Below are positions 54,117 to 64,000 of a stretch of DNA of 64,000 nucleotides, one piece after another. Origin of the DNA: the human T2T-CHM13v2.0 reference genome, Homo sapiens. Where the stretch lies: NCBI RefSeq assembly GCF_009914755.1, contig NC_060934.1; one strand, 5' to 3'. A model generated the notes under the pieces. The model saw only the letters and a program-made list of their open reading frames with translations. It made no database searches and was not told the DNA's origin. Position 1 is the first letter of the stretch. Each line of letters opens with the position of its first letter. Both the position numbers and the translations under genes were made by a program.

Positions 54117-54692
54117 CAGTCATGTGCCATAATATTTCAAGTAACAATGCACCGCATATACAACAGTGATCCCGTAAGAGCATAATGAAGCTGAAATGTT
54201 CCTATTGCTGAGTGATGTTATAGCTGTCACAATGTCACAGCATAATTATTTTTGAAATCAATTTAGTGTAGCCTGAGTGTACAATGTTTATAGGCCTACA
54301 TAGCGTGCAGTCATGTCCTAGACCTTCACATTCATTCACCACTCACTCAGTGGCTCACTCAGAGCAACTTCCTGTCTTGCAAGCTTCATTCATGGTTAAG
54401 CGCCCTATACAGGTTTCTTATTTTTTATCTTTCATGCTGTATTTCGACTGTACCTTTTCCATGTTTAGATACACAAATACTTACCACTGTGTTACAGCTG
54501 CCTACTACATTCAGTACAGTCCCATGCTGTACAGGTCTGCAGCCTGGGAGCAATAGGCTATACCATACAGGCTCGGTGTGGAGTAGGCTAGGCTAGGTGA
54601 GTGTAAATGCACCATGATGTTTGCACAAGGATGAAATCAGCTAACAACCCATTCCTCAGAATGTATCCCTGATAGTAAGCAAGGCATGACTG
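54117..54692 (+). mobile_element. Tigger3-family MITE (Tigger3c-sized)
   Basis: TIRs CAGTCATG...CATGACTG flanked by a TA duplication. Confidence 0.9.
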
Positions 54693-54693
54693 T

Positions 54694-54694
54694 A

Positions 54695-54725
<31 letters not shown>

Positions 54726-54729
54726 CACA
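54694..54729 (+). repeat. (CA)n microsatellite
   Basis: Read directly; one interruption. Confidence 0.95.
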
Positions 54730-56609
54730 TAATTACAAGATATATAGATATAACAGAACCAATAGGATATATATTATTTACCTGGAGAACTCAGACTCAC
54801 ACACAGCGTAATTGGTGGAGGTTTTATATTGTGGTTGTGGTTGGCATTAATTCCCCAGTTACCATAATGTATGGAATTTTGATGGAGAAAAAAGTGCCCG
54901 ATGCCCTCTGTGACTGTGTCCTACCACGTTTTAAATTGAGGAGTTGCTTGCACCAACATGACTCCAGTGCTTCACAGAGCATGTTCACTGCCCAGGGACT
55001 TACATCCACATGGTCAAGGTGGTGTCAGGCTGGCAAAGCAAAATCACTGCTATTTGACTTTCAACTGTGAAATTTTGCAGTCGTATTATGAGTCGTTCCC
55101 CTTCACAATTGTCTGGCTTACAAACTCCCGGGAAGGTGAGAATGATTTAGACTTTATGGGGAGTATGGTAGGTTAATCATAAGAACTGGGCTGCTATGAA
55201 GGCCGGTGGGGCATTGACAGATGGTGTTCCCTTCTCCCCTTCTGATTTTCCTTATTTGCAGCCTGACATTTTTAAAAAATAGATTTGCTTGGAGTTTTTG
55301 CACATTTACGAAATCCATTTGAAAACTTGATGGTTGGAGAATGGAAATGATTTTATGGTTGGGAAAGATTGTCCACAGATTTCTTAAAAGGTAATGGTTG
55401 CTAATTCTGCCTTCAGCAAGAGCCACAACGTCCTCATATTAAATAAGCTAGCCCAGTTTAAGAAGAATTAGACAAAGTCAAAATATAGGATCCACATTTG
55501 CCCGTAAATGGCAGCTTTTAATCTGCACAGGCGTTAGAGGTGGTGCAGTGACAGGAGGGCGAGCTCCAGGGAAATTCCTCCAGCTGCCTGGTGGAACTGC
55601 CATTTTCAAATGGAGTCCTGATTTTTTTAAAAAAATAAAAAATTAATTAGCAAAGGTCAATAATTACTGTATTATCATAGCTATAATGTACAATTTTTTG
55701 GCCCATACATTTGGGGAAGGAAAAAGCATTTGATAAACAATACCTATTCTTTGAAGCCTTTCCTCAGAAGGTTTTCCTAGCTAGTTGGAGTGAGGTGGCC
55801 ATTGCCATGTTTCCTGTGTTTTGAAGAGCCAGTCCCATCCATCTCTCACAGCTGGAAAACCTGTAGATGTGGGAGTTATCTCCCACATCCTTCTTGGGCT
55901 CAAGAACCTGCTCTGGCTCACTATTAACCACTGCATCAAGTTCAAACACTTTCTTGGCTTCCCGATCCCTGCAGGTGCCCCTCTGGCATCCCCACTTTGA
56001 TCTTAGGCTGATTTTCCAGTCCTCCACTCCTTCCTGAGACCCACCCTAGTTCCCCCTCTGCTCCATGTTGAGTCCTGATTCTTCCAGGATGCCTTCCCTA
56101 GCCGTCCCAGCCTGTGGAGTTTAATTCTCAGTTCCGTTGTAGAATTATCTTTGCATTGTTTCATGGGTTCCTTCATTCATGTTTTCATTTGTCTGACATG
56201 TTTATTCAGCACCGTCTAGCTGCAGAAATAATTGCACACCAGTGTAATGTCTGCAAAAAAAAAAAAAAAAAAAAAAGACTTGCATTGGGGGCCAATGATT
56301 GGGGTAGCATAGAGCAGCCAGGATGCTGGTGACATTTCACAAAGACCTGGCACTCCAGGGGAAGGGCGGGTTCCACGAGATGCAAAATAGGCCACTACAT
56401 ACCAGGCCTGGAGGTCAGGAGAGAGGTGAGCACTGGCTTTTGAAGTTACTATGAGAGAAATCAATGATTGATATTAAAGCATTTTGAACAACTCTAAAGC
56501 ACTACATGAGGGTTATAAGATTCTACAACTAGTGCTGTGTAATCCTTTCCAAAGGAAGCTAACGATTTGAGCCCCTGCTGTGGTTAGGGTTTACTGTGGT
56601 GGGCATTTC

Positions 56610-56770
56610 CACTGACATTATCACAGTCAGTTGCAAGGCTTTCTGGTAAGTCAGGTATTATCATCTCCATTTTACAGACAATAAAACTGAGGCTCTGTAT
56701 GGCTAAGAAACGTGCTAAGGCCACAGAGCTAGGACACGATGGAGCTAGGATGCCTCCAGGTTCATCCTTG
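56610..56770 (-). mobile_element. MIR SINE
   Basis: TATTATCATCTCCATTTTACAGACAATAAAACTGAGGCTC...AAGGCCACAGAGCTAG. Confidence 0.8.
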
Positions 56771-59700
56771 GAGTTCCTCCTGGGGTGCAATGCGGCCACT
56801 TTCGTCTTCTCATGTCGTGCCACCAAAACAAACTGAGGAATTTAATCATTTAAAGGTTATTTTTGGCTCCATAACAAACGCAAGTTGAGGTCTGTTGGCA
56901 GAGTCTGGCTCAAAGGAAGCTACAATTCATCAGTTCCAATCACTGAACAAAGAGTTCAGGGACAGCCTGAAAACACTGGATGCTGCTATTGACCCTGGGT
57001 GGAGAGGGAGTGGGAAACACGCCTGGAAAAATTGGCATTTGGTTGCTAATTAAAACATTTTTAAAGATCTCATTACCAAAATATTTATTGAGGTGGACAT
57101 TGAAATCATTTTACTTACCACTTATGGATCATTTTGCTTAAGAATGGAGTAAAATGTGGATGCATGAACATTTTGTGGAAGTGTAATCATGAAACTGCAT
57201 CAGATGATGTGTCCATTGTTTTTATTTCTCTGTTATTAAGGGTTTAGGGAAAAAAATTTACAAAGAATTTTAAATAAACTCCCAAACCTTCAGTTTCCAA
57301 AATGATGCTTGAGATTGAGAAGTTTTATCTTGGTAAATACGTACTTTGCAGAGATTATTAGATCATTTTGATTTCTGGGAACATCATTTAGAAGCATTGC
57401 GTTTGTGGAAAGTGCGTGTTTAACACCTTTGTGGATTGGGGGTGCCCTCATCTTTCTTCGTTTTCCCTGCTCTCTTGTCTTTGTGCTGATTTTTCATCAA
57501 ACCCAGTGGCACAGGAACCAGAGCCCGCTTCCATCACTCTCCGGGTGCTTCCGTCTCTCTCTAACTGCCCGTTTTTTTCTTCTGAACATCATGATGCCAT
57601 CTATCAAACTTCTAAACAGGTTCCCACTTTGCCTTCTAAGGCTGAGCCTTGGTGCTTCATTTTCCACAGCAATCCCAGTATTAGAGAACAATTAATGATG
57701 TCAGCTTACCGGTATCACTTTTGAAATATTTTCTGTTACTGAGAATCTTTGCAGGAGAACGACAAAGCTGCAAACACAGACCTTTTCTCAATGAGCTCCA
57801 GAACCAGGATTGGCCTTTTGATAAATGCTTTCTGGAAGTTGTCTTTAAGGGGCTAATTTTTCAAGCTTAGAGAGGGAGAGAGAGAGAAAGATCTCCATTT
57901 TTTCAGGTAACTAATGACTTAAATGGAAGAAAATGAATAATTTAATGAAAATATTTTGGCATGTCTTAAGCCACATACATTTGGTTCCTGTACAAGGTCC
58001 CACCCTCCGCGATGAGCAAAGGTATTTTCGTTTGGCAGATTAGGCTATTTTTGAATTCTACTTATTATACTAAATTGAACACCATATTATGAAATCCATT
58101 TCAACTTTTATGGACATCCCTGCCTCCTCCAGGGGCTTCTTTGGGCATTTGGTTTATTGGGGAAGAGTCATTTATTCCCTGCAACGATGCCCACGGTGCT
58201 GGCACATTACAGCAAAGAAAATAAGCCACAAAATTCAAGTTCTTATTGCAGACTAGTATCAACTTAACAAGATTTTTTTAAAATAATGGAAAACGTTAGA
58301 ATATGACATCCTAGGGAAGGATAGAAGATTCTTGCATATCTAATCAAAATGTTATCATCCCCGAAACATATTCATCATATGACCTTTGTCAGCTGCTTCA
58401 TAGTAAAGAAATCCTTTCAAAAAGGCAAAAGTTTCAAACAGAGCATTATGGGCTGGAAGAAATTCACAAAAAAGAAATTGCATTTTCAACCAGAGAGCCT
58501 CAGTGCCAAGGCTGCACTGGGGAGATCGCTATGACCCTCTTGCCGTTGTCTTAAACTGTCAAAGTTTGACTCCTTTTGGATTTTGAACAATTCAAAAAAG
58601 ATCCTTTCATAAACAGTTTCATAAACTACGACATATCTAATTCCTGGGCTTTGAACACGGAGCTGAGTACAGCACAGGGAGCCTACTGAGAATTTCTCCT
58701 GAAACCATAAAGCAATCTAGGAGGTGAGTTACCACGCTGTTGACACAGGGAATGGAAATGGAAATTCTCTAGGAGTCTCTTCCACCCCGAGTTCTATGCA
58801 CTGCTTTGCCTGATGCTTGTTGATTGGTGTCGTATATCTTGATGTTAGTATCCCATTTCAGAAATGTTCTGACATTATCTATTTGGAAGTTCGAAACACA
58901 GTATAAAACTCCCAATGCATTTGAGCACAGGTTTCAGCACAGCAATCACAATGCCCATTTCCACTGATGCAAGATGCAGGTTTGAACCACATTCCAATAG
59001 ACTCTATTCCTAAGTCGATAGAAATCTGAAAGTCTTTCTGTGGCTAGCAGGGTTAGGAGGGGCTGACTCCTTCCTTCCCGAACACCACCTCATTCCTCTT
59101 ATCAACTCTCCCTAGTGCTCAGCAACCAGGGGCCTGTGGCTGTGGAATATGTATGAAGAACAAATGATCAGGAAAAATGAGGTGGAAAAAATTTTTTAGA
59201 TAGCAGAACTGAAAGGAAATGAAACAATGAGGATTTGAAAAATGCAATTGAATACAGGTTTAACCATTAAAAATGATTGCACGTCTCTAAAAGAGAGTAG
59301 AAATAAAGTGGCTCGAATGTGTTTACTTTTTTAAAGATTCAGGCTCAGTTCACAAATGGCAAAGCAGATTGAATCAAAATTGACCTTTTGCATTACTAGA
59401 ATCTAGAGATTTTATTCATCTAAGAACCCATTGTACTTTGGAATTAGTCCATGGACTTACTAGCATGGGGTGACCAGAAAAACTGTTAGGTTGCTGATCC
59501 TAAAATCACCTTTAAATTCATATTTAGACTTCTTCTAATTTATTTTTATCACACAAGCATGGGTAGATGCCAAAGAGAATCCTCAGTTACTATTTCTAGC
59601 TTGTTAATAATCAAGTTATATTTTTCCAGTCATTGGCATTTTCAAATGCTGCAAATGAAAATCAAATTTGCAAATGTGACACATTCGGGGAAACCATATC

Positions 59701-60064
59701 TACTATTTCCTTCTCAGACAAAGAAAGACAAGTTTTTAATCAGCAGTCAACTCTGCAGTCTTTGGAGTTGGTTTAAACTAAGTCAGCAACTCTGATTCTT
59801 TTATTTGAAGAACAAATAGCAGGATAAAATTCCTAAGCCCTAGAAATATACCGTCATAACTTGCCGCCCAAAGATTTCAAATTCCTCAATTGAAAAATGC
59901 TAACACAGTCTTTTCCCTGTCTCCCTCTCTTTGTCCTTCCCCCATTCCCTCCTCCCTCCTCTCTCCCTCTCTCATCTTTCCTTCTTCCCCTCCCCTCCCT
60001 AATCCTGTGTTCTTAGGAATCGGGAATACTCTCAGGAATATTGATGCTTGCAGATCAGTAATTT

Positions 60065-60570
<506 letters not shown>

Positions 60571-60581
60571 CAAGAGACCCC

Positions 60582-60910
60582 TGTGTTGTTCCAGACTCTT
60601 GGTCACAAATGACAGAAACCCAACTCACAGTTTATTCAAACAAGAGAATTTATTGTCACAGAGAAATGAGAAGTCCAGGGGTGGCTTTATACTCATGATC
60701 GGATCTGGTCATATCCAGGGGCTCAACAATGTGGTTTGGGCTCTGTTTCTATCTCCATGCAACTTTCCTTCGTGAAAAGATGGCCACACGCAGCCCCAGA
60801 GCCATGTGGTCCCTGCTTTGTGCCCCAGCAGGAAAAGGCAACTCCCTGCAATAACTGTACATCCATCCAGGCAAGAACTCTGATCAGTCCACCACTATGA
60901 CCAATGGGAG
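60582..60910 (-). mobile_element. Old MaLR LTR (MLT1J/K-like)
   Basis: GACTCTTGGTCACAAATGACAGAAACCCAACTCA...GAATTTATTG...AAAGATGGCCAC. Confidence 0.6.
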
Positions 60911-61044
60911 ATTTGCTGTACACAAAGAGACAGTAGAGCTTGCAGGTAAAAGCCATCAATGTCCCCTATGAGGCCCAGTAAATGCTGGCTCTCATTTTCC
61001 TGCGGCTTCTACTCATCAAAGAAGCAATAAATTGGGGCATAAAT

Positions 61045-61215
61045 GACTCTAACACCTACTGCTGTGTGATCTTACCAAGTTACTCAACCACTCTGTTTCC
61101 TCATTTCTAAAGCTGTGATCATGACAGTACTTACCTAATAGGGTTGCTGTGAGGATGCAGAAAGAGGATGGGTATAAAGCACCTAGCCCAGAGCCTGTCA
61201 CTTAAAAAGTCATCA
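61045..61215 (+). mobile_element. MIR SINE
   Basis: GCTGTGTGATCTT...CAAGTTACTCAACC...TAGGGTTGCTGTGAGGAT. Confidence 0.8.
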
Positions 61216-61248
61216 TCATTTTCAAATATGATTACACATTTTTTTCCG

Positions 61249-61578
61249 ACGGGGATGCATCCTGAGCAATGTGTGGTTGGGTGATTTCGTCATCTCGCAA
61301 ACATCATAGTGGACTTACGCAAACCCAGCTGGTGTAGCCTATTGCTCCCAGGCAACACACCTTCGTGTACTGAATACGACAGGCTATTGTATCACATGGT
61401 ATTTGTGTATCTAACCATACCCAAGCCTACATAAGGTAATATGTTGCACTACGACATTATGATAGCTATGACATCACTACGTAATAAGAATTCTTCAGCT
61501 CCATCATAATCTTATCGGCACCACCATGGTACAGGCAGTTCATTGTTGACCAAAACATCATTATGTGGCACATGACTG
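61249..61578 (-). mobile_element. Tigger3-family MITE (Tigger3a-sized)
   Basis: Ends GCACATGACTG+TA; interior is reverse-complementary to parts of 54117-54692. Confidence 0.85.
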
Positions 61579-62089
61579 TATTATCATTAATTTCTACAAG
61601 TCCTATCTTTCTAGTTCTTTAGTATCTTAATGAATCTCCAATAAATGTCCTAATTAAGATTAATCCCTAAGACAAAGAACCAAGGCACAGACTTGCCAAT
61701 GCTTTTGCTTGGCCTTGGGGCAGGGACAAGGCTAGGAGAGTGCCCTGGGTTGGCACCAAGTTGTCTCGCTGTCCAGCCTCATGAAATGCGTCCCCTTGTC
61801 AACAGCCTCCCTGGAAAGCTCCGCTGCACAGAGTCAGATCCACCGGGCACTTATTTAGTGGCCAGAAACTCCCTCTACTGCTTTGGGGAAGATGGGGCTG
61901 CAGGAAGCAGAGCACCCCCAGCCCCCTCCTCACCAGGGCCTCCCCAACCCAATCCATACACAGCTGGTGGATGAAGAGTTGTGAAGACTTAAGGTGAGGC
62001 AGCATGTGAGTATGCATGCTCAGCACAAAGGGCTCAAGGGCTGGCACACAGCAGGTGCACCATCCTTGTGAACAGGGAGGATACAAACT

Positions 62090-62560
62090 TGGTGGCTTAC
62101 TGCCTCATGGTGATCCTGCCCTTCCCACCCCTTCCCCTTCATTCCCATATCAGATCTGTTCTCCAGGCCATGGCGAGTGCATGTGACCGTGGCTGGGAAG
62201 GTACCTCATTCCCCTGCCCACCGTGATTGGTCCAGAGGTTGTCCTAATCATCCATGGTAGGCCAGTCAGAGGCCTTCCCTAAGATTCTTTTTGGGGGAAG
62301 CTGGGAGAGAGCTTTGATGTGGTTCGATATACCAATACCATTGTGTATTTCAACTCTGAGGGCACAGAGCTGAAAGGATGTAAGCCTGGGTCCTGGGTAG
62401 GTAAAGCCTGCCTGGAGCTGGGGAAGATGAGAAGAGGAAGGCCTGCGGAGGGCCCAGTGAACGAGACCTGAGCTCAGCCTCTGTGCCCTGGAGTCCTCCT
62501 GCCTTTCCTTCTCTGGGCTGTAGTTCACTTTCTAATAAAGGTCCTTTGGGTTTGGCGGCT
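62090..62560 (+). mobile_element. Old MaLR LTR (MLT1I/J-like)
   Basis: GTGATTGGTCCAGAGG...GGCCAGTCAGAGGCCTTCCCT...GGATGTAAGCCTGG...AATAAA. Confidence 0.5.
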
Positions 62561-63828
62561 TTGTTCTGGGCCTCCTTCACCTGCATCGTGAGGAGCACCA
62601 GCAAAGGCCGCCTGACACTGCCCTCACCAAGAAATGAGCACCCCCAGCTTCACAACTTTCCCCTACCCCTGCCAGGAATGAAGGTGCTGTCCTATTCCTG
62701 TCCAGCGGGCTCCTGGACAAAGAAGGGAGAGTCTCTCATCTCCAGGCGCTGCTGATCAGACAGATGGAGGGATCATTCTGAGGACCTCAGTGTCTGTCAT
62801 TCCCCACTCCTAGATTGAGTGGGGTTATCTCAGGCAAAGAGACAATGGGACAGACGGCCACCGGCACCAGCCCCAGCTCCAATTCTGCCGCTCAGGTGGT
62901 GATCACTCTCCCACATCTGCCTCCTGTTACCTTAAAGCAGTGGTTCAATGTGCTAGGCTGGTTTGAAGCAGTTACCCTGGGAGGAAATGCAGCCACTTTT
63001 CCTTTCTAAATTTGTATTTTGGTGACTGAGACAGAACCCTTAGTGTGGCTGTTTTTCTTGTCTTAATTTCATTCGTGGTTTCCCAGTCAGAAGCAAATGA
63101 CAGCAAATCACAATCTCAGCATCGAAATCCCCACGTCTCTTGCTTTAATTTCCAAGTCACAAAAGCATGGGCACTTCTGGTTCATCCCAGTGGGGCAGGG
63201 GAGGGGGGAGACCCACTTCCTTCTAGTGACCCAGGTGCACACTCCCCAGCTCTTCACACCATTTAAAGGATTCTGCCCAAACTGCCAACCATGTGTTACA
63301 AATAAAGCCCTTCCCGAAAATGGATCAAAAACACTTTGTAATGAGTGAAGGAGCTGGTTTAAAAAGGGCCAACATCAAACAAAATCCCAGTCCTGAGTCA
63401 CAGACACTCAAATAGCCCCTTCCAGGGTGGGAATGTCCTCCAAAGCACTTCCATTTGTGTGAGTAGTTCTTCAAGCCAACGTATCCAAATACATACATCT
63501 GATGAGCGGACTTTGCTTGTTTACATACATTATGTACATTCCTTTGATAGTCAATTGTCTAAAGTTGGAACAGTTCGGAGGGAAGAGCTATATAAGGTTT
63601 GCAATGATCTTTGTCCACCAGTTACTGGACAACTGGATCCAAATTCCACAAATAGCTGTGGTTCTTTACCTGCATGGTTCTCCTCCCCTGAGACATCCAG
63701 TGCCATGCATTTTCTCTTGCAGGTCTTTCCTTGCATCACCCCTCCAACCCCAGCAGATATCCTGGCTGAGCCTGTTTTCTCTGTGAGGGGCTACACTGCA
63801 CACTGGGGCTCTTGAAAAGGGCTTGCTG

Positions 63829-64000
63829 GGCTGGGCACGGTGGCTCACGCCTGTAATCCTGACACTTTGGTAGGCCGAGGTGGGTGGATCACCTGAGGTC
63901 AGGTGTTCAAGATCAGCCTGGCCAATATGGTGAAACCCCGTCTCTACTAAAAATACAGAAAAATTAGCTGGGCATGGTGGTGTGCACCTGTAATGCCAGC
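63829..64000 (+). mobile_element. AluS, cut by the window end
   Basis: GGCTGGGCACGGTGGCTCACGCCTGTAATCC...GATCACCTGAGGTCAGG. Confidence 0.96.

Larger units (their letters stand above)
53652..54803 (+). mobile_element. MLT2 (B/C/D-like) ERVL solo LTR with a Tigger inserted
   Basis: TGTGGTGG...TATGTGTCAACTTTACTGGGCCACAGGGTGCCCAGATATTTGG; end CTGGAGAACTCAGACTCACACA; 5-bp flanks CAGCA/CAGCG. Confidence 0.9.

Noticed and set aside
55569-55578. Single NF-kB consensus GGGAAATTCC
   Set aside because: An isolated 10-mer with no supporting context.

Overview
This is non-coding primate genomic DNA, very likely human given the AluJ/AluS, L1PB, MLT, MIR/L2, Tigger and MER content. It is intergenic or deep intronic, and I cannot name the locus. 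I find no credible protein-coding exon chain, tRNA/rRNA gene or CRISPR array. The longer ORFs come from Alus, a 50-bp VNTR, LTR remnants or chance. About 45 transposon fragments are recognisable by eye, many with target-site duplications. Between them lie several kb-scale, apparently repeat-free blocks rich in transcription-factor motifs (~16.1-21.3, 32.1-34.0, 44.5-47.3, 56.8-59.9 kb). The best leads are: (1) a ~100-nt CpG-rich imperfect hairpin at 20710-20809 that pairs better on the minus strand, (2) minus-strand exon-like units (47581-47634, 7186-7237, 28516-28573) together with a strong + strand bias of L1/Alu, suggesting a spliced minus-strand transcript, (3) a 57-bp copy of an L2/L1 junction placed 2.76 kb away, (4) three + strand AG|GT recursive-splice-like sites, (5) a near-perfect 7x50-bp VNTR, and (6) a micro-inversion inside an MLT2 LTR. 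None of these demonstrates a new biological system. Repeat subfamily names come from recalled consensus sequences, and boundaries of old elements are approximate.
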